Shown: positions 38,440 through 52,397 of the stretch, one piece after another
Numbering within the stretch: the stretch's first letter is position 1
Layout: the number at the start of each line of letters is the position of its first letter
Assembly: GCF_006345805.1 (NCBI RefSeq)
Contig: NC_043003.1
Span: 41,416,001-41,480,000, forward strand
DNA from: Octopus sinensis
Lineage: Eukaryota
Direction: 5' to 3'
DNA length: 64,000 bases
Position numbers and translations under genes: made by a program
Notes under the pieces: generated by a model
Told to the model about the DNA's origin: nothing
Database searches by the model: none
Seen by the model: the letters and a program-made list of their open reading frames with translations, nothing else

Positions 38440-38895
38440 ATAGTTCGACTAAAGATTGGACCTGGCGATGTCTAACTTAATAGCACCACCTGAGAGGATT
38501 ATCTAATTCCTTTCTAAGTCAAGTTCTGTTTATGGTCCATTGAAGTAGTAAGTTCTTGTTGAGTGAGTTGTATCCAGGTATGGGTGGCTTGTCTGGTATT
38601 CCTTGAAGAAAACTGTCCAGAATCCGTTTAAAGGTGATGGGATCCTTTTCCTCTTTGATCAGTTTTGGGACAATGTTAAACAGGGCCTGTTGAGGAAAAG
38701 AAATTATGTCGCAGTGTACATGTATGCTGTGATCTTGAATTGGTCAGGGGACGTATGGCCCGTGGTCCCAGCCTTGGATGAATCTTGAAACTAATGTTCA
38801 GGTCGTTTGAGTAATGCTGGCGGTCGTGCAAATGATGAACAGCTCGCGGCGGCGCTGGAGAGAATAGAGTTTCAATGCTTTAAGGCGGTCCCACA
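38440..38895 (-). mobile_element. CR1-clade LINE 3' end, inverted relative to 37400-37862
   Basis: WDRLKALKLYSLQRRRE...FKIHPRLGPRAIRP...GIPDKPPIPGY. 3' UTR tgtctaacttaatagcaccacc is shared with 39750. Confidence 0.8.
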
Positions 38896-39652
38896 TATAT
38901 CAAAAGGATGTGTTATGATACTATTTCATATATACATTGTCGACAGCACTAAAAGAATTGCTGTTTGGTAAGAAACATACTAAAAAACAAAACACACAAC
39001 TTTCAAGCATATTTACCCTATGCACAGCAGTATTCAATCAAATATAGGCAGGATTAAACATTAACTTTAAAATTAAACTACAAGAAACACATAAATCTAC
39101 GTACATCTGTATCGGTATTAATAGTAAACCTACAATAACTAAATTATATACTAATTAGCGACCAATCTTACAGTCCATACAAATAATAATTCCACCAGTC
39201 TTCCATAGTTACTACTATAATAACAGAAAGTGAAAGCTTTATTTCAATTCTCTTCAAAACAAAAACACGATTGAATTTAATGAATATAATCATGAGTGAA
39301 AAGCTTTAATTCATAATTCAAAAGTTAATAATAAAAACACTACATACTCATTATACAAGCTATAATGTGAAGTCACCAGTAACTAGTAAAAACAATAAAT
39401 TTATAAATAGGATCTAATAAAGATATACTTATAATTAACCATTATTATAAAACTTTGCTACAATTAAAGCTAAATTAAAACCGTTTAAAAGATAATAAAA
39501 CTACGATATATTAACACTTACATGATTTTTCAAACCACATGGTTCATCACTTCTATAACTTAAAATATTATCTTAACTATAGATGACGTAGTACGTAATT
39601 ATGACTTCCTCAATTGTCTCAAACAATATTGGTGACGTAGTAAGCAAATAAC

Positions 39653-39683
<31 letters not shown>

Positions 39684-39721
39684 CGCGTATGTATGTATGT
39701 ATGAATGTATATATATTTTGA

Positions 39722-40385
39722 TAGGTTTCGGCTAGTATTGGAACAGGCCATGTCTAACTTAATAGCACCACCCGGCAAAGTCATTCAAATCAGGAATCGG
39801 ACTACATCTCCATAAACAATAACTCTCTCTTCGAGAGAGTTATTGTTTATGGAGACATATTCGTGTGTAGGAGATTTATCCGGGATTTCTTGATGGAATT
39901 TGTCCAAAGACATCTTGAAATTTATGGATCCATTTCTTCTTTAATGTATTTTGGTGAAATGTTAAAGACAGCGGAGCTAATTGAGGTGAAATAATTGTGC
40001 CGTACTGTTGTAATGTGATGCGAGTATGATTTATGTTGTGGGCGGATGGCACGGGGACCAAGTCTTGGGTGTATCTTAAAGGCGATGACAACATTACTTG
40101 GGATGGAATATTTTCCACGTCATGCACATGATGTAGCGATCACGATGGCGTTGGAGAGAAAAAGCTTGAGTTTTTCTAGTTGACCCCCAATAGGCAAGAA
40201 CTGTCATGCCATCTATCTTTTTTGTAATTGAACTTTGAGGTATTTCAATCTTCATTCTTTGTTTCGGAAAACCACGGTGGAGAACAGTATTCAAGGTGGG
40301 ATCGAGTAAAAGTAGAGAAGAGAAGGATAATGATGTGGATACCTCTCGACTAGAAGCACTTTCTGCGGGCCAAGCCAGCTTTGCT
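39722..40385 (-). mobile_element. CR1-clade LINE 3' end, divergent subfamily
   Basis: FTRSHLEYCS..W...KLKLFSLQRHRDRYI..FKIHPRLGPRAIRP, plus the shared 3' UTR. Confidence 0.8.
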
Positions 40386-40520
40386 GTTTAGACGAATGTA
40401 TGTATGTATGTATGTATGTATGTATGTGTGTATGTATGTATGTATGTATGAATGTATGTAATGTATGAATGTATGTAATGTATGAATGTATGCATGTATA
40501 TATGTATGAGTGTATACATG

Positions 40521-40579
<59 letters not shown>

Positions 40580-41961
40580 GTGTGTAATGTGTCATTGTAT
40601 GTGTATATGTACCCGTATGCATGTGCACACCTAAATATATACACACAAGCAGCAAGAAAACAATCATTTTCCTTTTTCTCTATCTTCTGTCTCTTTTTTT
40701 CATTCTCTATATTTCGCATCCCTCTGTGTATATGTATATGCATTTGTATATATGTGTATATGTGCACGTGTTTATACATGTGTACACATGAACATTTGTA
40801 CGCACGCGGGTATGTGCGTGTGCATGCATTTTTGCGTATATGTTTTACAGAATACTACAGAACGCAATCTGAGCATGGGAATCAAACAAATCGATTATTG
40901 TGGGATTTGAAAATGTAGCAGGACAGAACGTAAAGAATTTCCAAGTGGCTGAAAGCAGATTTAGTAGCAAGACCATTAAGAAGCCAAAATAAAATCCAGA
41001 TACGATGTAATATTTTAAAAAGAGAAAAAAAGGAAAGAAAATGATATTAGAATATGACTCATGATACTTTTTTCTTTATAGATACCAAATACGTACTTTG
41101 TATCATCAGTAAATTGCAAGCTCAAAATTCTTTGCAGAACAATTAACGATCGAGAGACTTTGTAAACATTTTGAATGTCTGTTGGTGTACAGTATGTGGT
41201 GGAACAAACATCCGCGTCAAAATTTTGACTACAAACAAAGTTCAAAAACGTAACCGTAAAAGTGTGTTATATGGGTTGCTAAAACCCTTATAACAAAGGC
41301 AAATTAAGCCTTAACAACAAAATAATTTCTAAAATTAATTGCTTATCTATGAACTTCTAACATTAAAAGTACACATCTCTCTCTCTCTCTCAGTGAAGAT
41401 GCGGCTTCGACTGTTTCTTATGCAATTATATTTTTCCCTTGGTAGTAAATCCTTTCCTACCCTTGGCGTACCGTAAGGATATTTAAATTACTCTAAGACA
41501 TGCTCAGCATGTTAATCAGTTAATTGCATGAAATGTCACTTAATAATTACAGCATTAAAATGCAAAAGTGAGATCAAATATGCTCGAAATATATCATGGT
41601 TGTGTCTTGAAGCATTTAGTTGCGTCTGTTTCCGTTTAATGTTCAAATACTATTGGGTCCAGCGTTGGCTTCCATCTGTCCTTCGTCAATAAACTTCGTA
41701 CTAATTAAGTATTTACTTCGATATAACCAAATTTGTTTCAACTCACAAAGTAAATGGCGGGGCTGAAGGAGCGGGACAATGTTACGAAATATAGCCGAAG
41801 AGATAAATAAGATTGTCCGAAGTTGTGTGAGGTAAGACAAGTTTATTACAATGTGAATTTTTACGTGAAAAACACGTCGGTATGACATAAGAATGTTCTT
41901 AAATTCTTTTATTTGAACATCTATGTTTTGAGTTGAAAATCCATAAAGCTATTGGGATTTA

Positions 41962-42172
41962 GGCGGCGAGCTGGCAGAATCATTAACACGCTGGTCAAAG
42001 TGCACAACAGTATTTCGCCTGTCGCTACGTTCTGAGTTCAAGTTCCGTCAAGGTTGACTTTTCCTTTCCTCCTTTCGAGGTCGATAAAATAAGTAGCAGA
42101 TGAGCACTGGGGTCGATGTAATCGACTTATCTCCTCCCCAAAATTGCTGTCCTTGTGGCAAAATTTGAAACC
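41962..42172 (+). mobile_element. SINE family B, full length, ending in (ATT)n
   Basis: ggcggcgagctggcagaatc (A box) ... gagttcaagttcc (B box) ... ggggtcgatgtaatcgact ... ccttgtggcaaaatttgaaacc. Confidence 0.8.
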
Positions 42173-42209
42173 ATTGTTATCATTATTATTAATATTATTA
42201 TTATTAATA

Positions 42210-42246
<37 letters not shown>

Positions 42247-42307
42247 ATTATTATTATTATTATTATTATTTATTATTATTATTATTATATTATTATTATA
42301 ATTAATA

Positions 42308-42340
<33 letters not shown>

Positions 42341-42352
42341 TATTATTATTAA

Positions 42353-42407
<55 letters not shown>

Positions 42408-42410
<3 letters not shown>

Positions 42411-44645
42411 TAGTTTTATTTTTATAGCGTGCTTTCACTTCACTACCGAGTGCAGCTCTGTGTGCCTTGGGTATGTGCTGTGATTTGTTGTGATGCTCTG
42501 ATGGTTACTGTATGGAAAGTGTTCTGCGTAGGATATGTGCAGTGCCTAGTAGTGCAATTTTCTGTATGTTATATGTGTTTGTAGTCCTGGTGTTTTTGTT
42601 ATGTATTTGTCTGAATATCTTTTTATCGTGCCTAATGCACCTACTATGATAGGAATTGTTTCTGTTTTCAGATTCCACATTCTAGTTACCTCTATTTCCA
42701 GGTCTTTGTATTTTGAGAGTTTCTCCATTTCTTTTAGAGACACGTTGTCATCTGCCGGTATTGATACATCAATTAGAAAGCATTTTTTTTCTTCATGATC
42801 TCTGACAACTATATCTGGTCTGTTGGCCTTAATTTCTCTATCTGTGTGTACCGGCATATCCCAGAGTATGGTTGCTTTCTTGTTTTCTGTGACCTTTTCT
42901 GGTGTGTGCCTATACCATCTTTTTTCTGTTGTTATTCCATAATGTTGGCATAGCTTCCAATGTATGTAGGTTCAAACTCTGTCATGTCTGTGAATATATT
43001 CCTTCTTAGCCAGGACTGGGCAGCTAGAGATAATAGGATTTATTGTTTCTTGTCCATCTCCACATATTCTGCAGTTACTTGTAATATTTCTTTTCATTAC
43101 ATGTTTTTGGTAATTTCTGGTGGGGAGGCTTTGGTCTTGTGCTGCAATTAAAAATCCCTCTGTTTCTGCTTGAGTCCTGAGCTTCTCACCATTGCTGGGA
43201 TTTTTCTTTGTCTATTTCTTTTGCGTTTAGTTTAGTGCAGTATTTACCATGAAGGGGCTTTTCTTGCCATCGTTTTATCATGGTTCGTTGCTGTTCTACT
43301 TTTAGTTTGGATTTCATTTGTTTTATAGCTTTTGTTGTTTCTTCTTCTTCTTCTTCTTCTTCTTCTTCTTTCTTCTTCTTCTTCTTCTTCTTCTTCTTCT
43401 CTTCTTCTTCTTCTTCTTCTTCTTCTTCTTCTTCTTCTTCTTCTTCTTCTTCATGTTTATTAGGTGGTATGATTTCTTGTTTATATTTGTCAGCTTCCTT
43501 AAATACTGAGAACAGTTTTTTGTTTTGCTCGTGTTTTGCCGCTATTTGTATCAGTTTTCCTTCCTTCTGAAGTAGATATTTTTGCAGTCCTATGGTGGTT
43601 ATTTTATAGTAGTTTTCCAGCTGTATAAGGCCTCTACCACCTTCTATACATTGTATATATAGTCTTTCTATGTCAGATTTTGGGTGATGCATCCTAGATC
43701 CTGTCATTATTTTTCTTGTTTTCCTATCTATTTTGGTCAGTTCATTTCGTGTCCAGTTAAGGATATTGTAGCTGTAACTTATAACTGGGACAGCTAAAGT
43801 GTTGATACCTATTATCTTGTTTTTAGTATTGAGCTCTGTTTTCAGTATTGATCTAACTCGTCTATAATATTTTTTTTTATTTTCTCTTTCATTTGTGTGT
43901 GTTGTGTCTTATCTAGTTCATGGATTCCTAAGTATTTGTAAGTTTGGCTTTGGTCTAATTCTTTTATTTCATTGGTTTTATCTAGTGTGATGTTGTTACT
44001 CTTAACTAGTTTTCCTCTTTTGAGGGTTACTTTGGCGCATTTTTCTAATCCAAATTTCATATCTATTTCTTTGGTAAATCCATGAACTGTCTTTAATAGT
44101 GTTTCCAGCTGTTTGTCATTTGCAGCGTATAGTTTTAGGTCATCCATATATAAAAGGTGGTTGATCGTTTTGCCGTAACATTTATATCCGCATCCAGTTC
44201 TATTTAGTATATCAGATAGAGGTGACAGTGCCAAGCAGAAAAGGAGTGGAGAGAGCGTGTCTCCCTGGAATATTCCTCTTCTAATGGGAATGTCTTTGGT
44301 TTTCATGAGTCCCTCTTTTGTTTGGAGGTGTAGGACTGTTTGCCATTTATTCATAGAGTGCTCTATGAATTTTATGATTGTTGGTGCTACTTTGTTAATG
44401 GCTAGTGTTTCGAGGATCCATGTGTGGGGGATGCTATCAAACGCCTTTTTGTAGTCAATCCAGGCCATACTGAGGCCTTTCTTCTTTCTGTGGCTGTCTT
44501 CAGTTATGGCTTTATTAATCATTAGTTGATCTTTACAGCCATATGAGCCTTTGCGGCATCCTTTCTGCTCTTCTGGGAACAGTTTGTTTTCGTCCAGGTG
44601 CTTGTTCAGCCTTTGCGATATCACTGCAGTAAATGCCTTGAACAT
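42408..44645 (-). mobile_element. 5'-truncated R4/Dong-like non-LTR retrotransposon (RT plus RLE endonuclease) in (TAA)n
   Basis: PEEQKGC, WIDYKKAFDSIPH, RGIFQGDTLSPLLF, HLLYMDDLKLY, YKYLGI, GGRGL, NRPDIVV..IDVSIP..KLSKYKDL..PIIVGALG. (ATT)n on both sides; a few frameshifts. Confidence 0.92.
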
Positions 44646-44670
44646 ATTATTATTATTATTATTATTATTA

Positions 44671-44712
<42 letters not shown>

Positions 44713-44734
44713 CATTGCTGTTGTTGTTGTTTAT

Positions 44735-46685
44735 ATTGCCTTTGTACAGCTTCTAACGCTGGAGAAGTACTACAGTGTCTGCTGTTCACTACCAATGAAC
44801 TAAGGTAACACCTCTTATTTTTCGAGTGTTGTTTTCTGCAAGTGCGCCAACCTTATTGCAGCCCCAACTTCTTCAACGTACTTCTCGAGATTTTTGTTTA
44901 CAGTTCCCATGGCTCCTACAATTATTGGTACTACTGGTACATTTTACATCGACCACAACTACTTAACTTCCCAAGCTAACCTGTCATATCTCTCGACTTT
45001 TCTTTCTTCGTTATCGCACACTTTGTTGTCAGCTGGGCATGCTATATCTATGATCCAGCATAGTTTGATTTCTTTCTCAATTAAGACTATATCCGACTTT
45101 CTATTCTCAATCTCATGGTCGCACTGAATCAGCAAATCCCATAGGATCTTTGCATTTCCATTTTCAACGATGCCTTCAGGTTTGTGGCCGTACCAATTTT
45201 TTACTCTGTCAAGTCCATACCTGTTGCAGAGTGTCCAATGGACAAGCCTGGTTGTATTGTCGTGGCGTCCCTTATATTCCTCCTGGTCTAGTGGTGTACA
45301 TTGGCTGGTAATATGCCATACGGTTTCACAATTTTGTCCACAGATTCTGCACTTATCACTTTCTGATGTGTTGTTTATTCTGTATTTTATGTAGTTTGTT
45401 CTTAGTGCTTGCTCTTGTACAGCACAGATTAGAGCCTCCGTTTCCGGTTTTAAATCACTTTTAGTCATCCACAACCATCTTTTTTCTCTGTCTGTCTTAT
45501 CTTCAACATCCCAATGAAATTGACCATGCGTTCTTTTTTTCCCAGCTATTTTCAGTTTCATTCGTTTTCAATTTCTTGTATAGTGTTTTATCGTTGCAAT
45601 CTTTTATCCTACACAACCCTGACCTTCCTACTTCTAATATTAGCGGTTCTGTGGCATTTTTTACATACCATGCTATGTTGTTTTCTTTTGCTCTAATGCT
45701 GTGTTCGCATCCAATATGTCCTCTTCCTCCTCTTTTTCTTGGTACATACAGTCAGTCTATGTCGCATTTTGGGTGGAGTGACACAAATCTAGTTAGCAAC
45801 TTCCTTGTTTTTCTGTCTAAGCTGTTTAGTTCGTCGACTGTCCATGCGATTACCCCTGCTCTATATCTAAGGACACTACCCACACGTTGATAGCTTCGAT
45901 CTGATTCCGTCCGTTTAATTCCGATTTAAGTATCAGTCTCAGTCTGCGTAAGTACTCCACCTTAAATTTTTCTGTCATTTCTTTCTCCATTAATTTATCC
46001 ATTTCCAAAATTCTCATGTACTTATAGCCCGTCTCTTCTATATGCTTTATAACCTCCCCCGAACGTATCGTTAGTCCGTCCATACATTTGATTTTGCCTC
46101 TCTTCAATACTAACACACCACAGTTTCTCAGTCTGAACGCCATTCTGATATCAGCACTGAAGGTATGCACCATATCAACGAGGGAACTGACTTAGGCTTC
46201 ATCTTTACCATAAAGTTTGAGGTCATCCATGAATAACAAATGCTTGACTTTTTGTTAGCGGCTTTTGAATGCATACCCAGGTACTACCTTCCACAGAATC
46301 AGTGTCAGTGGTATCAAGCACAGTACAAAGATAAGTGGGGACAGGCAGTCCCCTTGGGAGATGCCCATCCTAATTTCTACTGTCGCTAAACTTATTTCGT
46401 ACGCTGTCAGGTCCGTCCTCCAATTCGCCATACTTTTTCCAAGCAATCGCTCGACATTCGATGCAATCCCAAATAGTTTCATGCACTCCATAATCCAACA
46501 ATGTGTGATCATATCGTACGCCTTACGATAGCCGATCCATGACATGGCTAAGTTACTTTTCCTCCTCTTGCCGTCTCTCGGTACAGTTTTACCTATCAGG
46601 AATTGATCCTTGATACATCTGCACTTACGCTTGCAACCCTTCTGCTCACGTGGCAGGACTCCATTTTTTTCTAGACGTTCGTACA
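44735..46685 (-). mobile_element. Second, divergent 5'-truncated R4/Dong-like element
   Basis: LPREQKGC, YRKAYD, GISQGDCLSPLIF, FMDDLKLY, CCHC knuckle CRICGQNCETVWHITSQC, RHD, SDIV..IIDIACP. (ATT)n flanks. Confidence 0.9.
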
Positions 46686-46707
46686 ATTATTATTATTATT
46701 ATCATCA

Positions 46708-46767
<60 letters not shown>

Positions 46768-47462
46768 CATTTCAATGATGAGAAAATAAACAAAAATGAA
46801 CTAAAAATAACTAGAAAAAACAAATAGATTCCAAAATGATTCAAAAATAGAAATCTCGAAAAAAAAATTGATTGCAAAATTCAAAAACGCAATAAATTCC
46901 AAAAATAAAAAAAAAACGGCGAGTACTTAGTTGTCAATCCATTATATGAATATAGTAATGTTTAGTGAAATGTCTTTGTATCTGACTTTTTTAATGAAAT
47001 TTATGTAATATATATACGTACATATACACACACAGACATACACATACATACAATCACACACACACGCGCGCGTGCACACGTACGCATGCACACATAACTT
47101 TAATTGTCAAAGTGATTGCGGGTGCCGAAGCACATACATCGCAAGAAATAAAGGTTAAATATTAATGCTCTACGAAGCTCACAATATATACACAGATGCA
47201 CTGACAGGGGAGATAGCTGCTACACGACGTCTCTAGAAGTAACTGGACTAGACTAGCTTCACCTATCAGTCGTAGGCTAATTAGCAGTGACTACTCAATC
47301 GTTCCATGGTTTGGTTAAATATGACTGTCAGATATATATTTGCCACATAATTTTATGGCTGATTTAACAAAATGCTAATGTGTGTTTTAAAAATTAATAC
47401 AGACAGGTGCAATATTAAACCAAATATATATATGTATATTCTGACAGGGAAGATATGGCATG

Positions 47463-47493
<31 letters not shown>

Positions 47494-47494
<1 letters not shown>

Positions 47495-47718
47495 CTCTTT
47501 TACTGTTTTACTTGTTTCAGTCATTTGACTGCGGCCATGCTGGAGCACCGCCTTTAGTCGAGCAAATCGACCCCGGGTCTTATTCTTTGTAAGCCCAGTG
47601 CTTATACTTATCGGTCTCTTTTGCCGAACCGCTAGGTGACGGGGACGTAAACACATCAGCATCGGTTGTCAAGCAATGCTAGGGGGACAAACACAGAGAC
47701 ACACACACACACACACAC

Positions 47719-47761
<43 letters not shown>

Positions 47762-47923
47762 GACAGGCTTCTTTCAGTTTCCGTCTACCAAATCCACTCA
47801 CAAGGCATTGGTCGGCCCGGGGCTATAGCAGAAGACACTTGCCCAAGATGCCACGCAGTGGGACTGAACCCGGAACCATGTGGCTGGTTAGCAAGCTACT
47901 TACCACACAGCCACTCCTGCGCC
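47494..47923 (-). mobile_element. tRNA-derived SINE, family A, full length and well preserved
   Basis: Minus strand GGCGCAGGAGTGGCTGTGTGG (A box), GGTTCAGTCCC (B box); internal (TA)/(CA) tract; (TA)n flanks. Confidence 0.9.
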
Positions 47924-49827
47924 ACATATATATATATATACATACATACATACATATATTCATATATATGCATATATATATACTGACAGTTAGATTTAGC
48001 CAAACAATAGAACGTCTAATGATCTTTAGAGTCGTTCAGGGGACGGTTATTACCATTGTCAGTGTATATTTATATCCTGCGCTTCATACAGCAGTAGTTT
48101 TTAACTAACATTTCTTGCAATATAGGTGATTTTGCGCCTCCAGTCACACAATTTTTGATGATTTAAGTTTTCGTTTTTTGGTTTTATATTGCACCTAGCT
48201 AGTTTATATCAAGTTATATATATTCTTCTACGTCTTTCAACCAATCCGTCACGTGGAGTGGTATGAATTGTGCAACCTGGGTAGCAGAATGTATGCACAA
48301 TCAAGGAAAACCATATATAACTATCGTGATTTGATTAATATACACAAATGTGATTTGATGCAGCGTCCGAGGACGATGTGAATGAGTAAGTGCAAATGCG
48401 CAACAAATATGTTTTCATTATATCGCATTTCTTTGTCAGACAGTAGGTTTGATTAGAAATATGAATAAATGTAAAACGTCAAGTCTAATAGCAACACCTC
48501 AACAACAATCACTATTTTCTCGTCAAAATTATAGCTCTCCCATGTGTTTTATGCAATATTTTAATTTCTGTGAAATGAAGCGGCATACAAAATTACGTAC
48601 TCACCGAAAGCGATCATACAGAAGTTGTATTCATGTGTCCCAGTCTCTTAGTAATTGTTGCCAGATCTCCCTAGAAGTCATTGTTGTTAATACATACTAG
48701 CTGTTAACAGTTCACAGTGGAACACCGCATGTTTTTCACTTATCCTTTCAACTGGTATATAAGGCCAGTGATTACAATGGAATAAAATGAAATGAAGAAA
48801 TTAATGGTTTAAACTAGTTTTATTGCAGACATAATGTTAAATTCCGTTTATTCTAAGAGAAAGTTATTCGTAAACAATTAATTAAAATCTCCAGTACTTC
48901 GATTTTTTTCTGATATGCTTTGTTGTAACAAAGCTCATAGATGGTCTTTGCCGAAATGTGAGAAGCAGCTCTTTTGATCATTAGAAATAACTCAGCATCG
49001 ATCTTGTAGTCGCTCGAGCTACTATTGATAGTAGGCGATTAGCTGTCATCCTATTGTTTTACTAATTATAAATGAGATTACATTGTATAAGCTTGTTTTA
49101 TAGAGATGATAATTGAATAAGTGGTGAAATGATCGTAATTTGGAACTTGTTAATTATAGCTCCATTTAATAACTGCTGTAGTGACAAGCAACAAGAAAAA
49201 TACCAAGCCGACTAGGCAATTTTCATATAGGTGATTGATTTGATCGAAATGACAGCCGAATGTTCCTCAAATGACACCCAATCGTTAAAAACGAATTGCA
49301 CTTTAGTTAATGTCTTCTAGAATACGCTGTCTAAACGTATGACGTATGAGTCACAAGTGGAATGTCTTTTACCGGTGATCTGATCGCTCTGCTGAATTTG
49401 GTCTAAGCTTTAAAAATATGAATATCTCTACATGGGAAAGTGGAGGAGATATAATGAGGTAAAATGAGAGGAGAAAATGGAAAAGAAAAAAAATCATAAA
49501 AAGTAAAGAAGGAAGGAAATTTGGATGCACACAGATACATACAGACACACTAACTTTCAGACGCCCAAATGCGCGCGTGCACTAACACACACATATGAAT
49601 ATGTCTGTGTGTATGTGTGTTTGTGTACGTGTGTGCATGTGTGTATGCGTATGTGTGTGAGTGTGTTTTCGACTTGACCTTACAAATATATTCCCTACTT
49701 TTAGGTCACTTTAAATAAAAACCCTTGATTCAATAGCACTCTGTACAAATTTTATACTTGGAATGCCCAATTTTAGATACTATTAGATTTTACTCACAAG
49801 GTATTGGAATCTTATATGTATACCATT

Positions 49828-49949
49828 TGAATGTTGCATTAAAATAAATCCCACCTGAAGAATAATGTGGAAAAACGCATCAATCTCATCAGGGAGTAGA
49901 TTATAAATAATAGTGCTCATCAATAAATGTAAGAAAGTACAATCTATAA

Positions 49950-50024
<75 letters not shown>

Positions 50025-51372
50025 ATATCTATCTTATAATATTGACGTTTTCAATAATAGCGCTGATTTCAATGAGTCATCATTATATAAGGTAGGATAT
50101 AAGGAGGAAATCAAGTATCTGAACCATCTTGATCCTTGTTTAACCTCTAATAATCTAGTTAATAGTAGTTATACTTCAGGCTTTTTAATGAGAAGTTTCC
50201 CTATAAGTCGCATAACCATGGTAAGACTATTTGGTTTATTATTACATACGAAATACAAATTAAAAGTAAACTTCTTTACCTATTTCGTCAAGCCATCGAA
50301 TGGAACTTTCCCCAAAATTCCAGGTACCATTCCATTCTCAACACACATCGTATCCGAATTGGTTTCTCCAACAGTAATTATACCCTCGCATACCAACTAG
50401 ATGATTAAAGGTAAATGGGTTTCACTTAATAACTGTAATAACAATAATATTAATAATGACAATATCTCCTTAAATAGTACTATCAATAGTATTAGTCCTC
50501 GTAATTGTGGTCCGAATAAAACTTGCGTTCTCAACGGAAATAGCAGGATTAAAAACGTTGTTGGTCAATGTAAAATTTCTGTAGGATCTAAAGTATATTT
50601 TTACGCTGGCATTTCATCCACATAATTAAGAAAACGTGTTACCAACCATCTTTCTATATTTAAATATGGTAATAAACGTAATACTACAGGTTTTAGTTAA
50701 ACTAATTTGGCATCTCAAAGACCGTAATCTTTGGATTGGAGTATTTTGTCAAGATCGTTTCCCTATGATAAAGGATAATCTTTCTGCTCTTTTTTATATG
50801 GACGAAAAACTATGTATCCTTTTTCCAAACACACTCTGGTCAACACCTATAAAGAACTTGTTTACAGGTGTTTACATTAGAAAAAAACACACTTTCAGCT
50901 ATTTCAGAAAATATCTGCCCACTTACCTAATAATATCTGCAACTTAAACTTTATCATTTTCCTCTCATACTGCCTATTCTTTCCTTCATATTCTCTATGT
51001 ATCTGTCATTAACTTTCTATTCGTTTATACCTCTGTTACTCCTTTAATTATTTTTCTGTCTTCTTTCGCTCCTTCTCTCGTCCTATGACGTCAAATTTAT
51101 CAACGGTATTTTATAATTACTAGCGTTCACTATACATCTTTGTTTATATATATATAATATCATATATTGTAGTTTCTTACATTTATAAAAATGACTTATT
51201 GATGAGAGTTGTTGTTTATAATCTCCTTCCTTATGAGATTGATGCATTTTTCCACATTATTCTTCCTCTCGGATTTATTTTAATGCATCAATCGGAACAT
51301 ATGCAGGTGATATCGTGATACAACTGATTTAAATAACGTCTTGAGCATTGTCTCCATTTTCCATTATTCTTA
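49828..51372 (+). mobile_element. 5'-truncated, decayed Penelope-like element (Nematis-like) with inverted pLTR
   Basis: KTIWFI..FRQAIEWNFP..YHSILNTHRIRIGFS; NCGPNKTCVLNG..KNVVGQC..FYAGISST*LRKRVTNH (GIY-YIG); LIWHLKD..EKLCIL. Inverted arms ~49828-49930 and ~51195-51295. Confidence 0.75.
51223..51310 (+). ncRNA. Decayed minimal hammerhead; inverted partner at ~49828-49897
   Basis: This copy: CTtATGA gattg..caatc GgAAC atat GcA. The partner retains CTGATGA gattg. The inferred ancestor has an ATAT palindromic loop. Confidence 0.55.
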
Positions 51373-51432
51373 TACACACACACACACACACACACATATA
51401 TATGTATATATGTGTGTGTCTGTGTGTGTGTG

Positions 51433-51480
<48 letters not shown>

Positions 51481-51505
51481 ATATATATATTATCATTATC
51501 ATTAC

Positions 51506-51564
<59 letters not shown>

Positions 51565-51565
<1 letters not shown>

Positions 51566-51775
51566 CTCACCATGTTGGACCGTTGAACTCTGCGCAATTT
51601 GTCTTTGTCCGTTTTCTTTTTCCTTCTCTCCCCATTTTGCCTCTTAATCTTTTCTGTCGAAGAGCATAGGCTCGAAACGTAAAAGACTTTTCTATTTCTC
51701 CTGAGCGTTAAGCACTTGCTTCTTGTTCCTACACCTGTCTTCGTCATTTGTTTTCTGTAAATTTGAACTATATTT
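51565..51775 (+). repeat. Microsatellite-flanked repeat with hammerhead-like hairpin
   Basis: tcttt t CTGTCGAA gagc atag gctc GAAAC GTA aaaga; three copies in the window. Confidence 0.75.
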
Positions 51776-52285
51776 ATATACATATATAAATACATACATA
51801 CATACATGGAAATATTGGATAGCTATTGGCTACGCAATCTAATCGCTTAGAGCTTGAGGATGGTTTCAGGAGCAATAGTTATAAACCTGCTGTTAGTGTC
51901 TCTGGTATAGTCCGAAGTTAAAGGACGTAGTCACTGAAACGAAGAAGAAGAGGTTTGCAAGTAAGCAAAATATAATACATAAAGTAATACAAATCAGCAA
52001 AGGCTATATCTGAAAGTATAGTAAAACAATAAATGGTAATAAACATTACGAAGGCAATATCTTAGAGTAGGTTCAGTGATGGAAAACCCAGGAGATTCTG
52101 TGTAGTCTTATTGATGTTGGCACATCAATATAGCAAAGTTAAAGTCACAATGCGATATAGTATTACGGAATAAAATATACTAGTTTAGAGTAAAGTGATA
52201 TTTCTATATTGTCAAAGAAAGGAGAAAATATCTACTATATCTTTGAAATGAATAATCATTTCATTGGGAGTAGACAATGAGCTGC

Positions 52286-52397
<112 letters not shown>

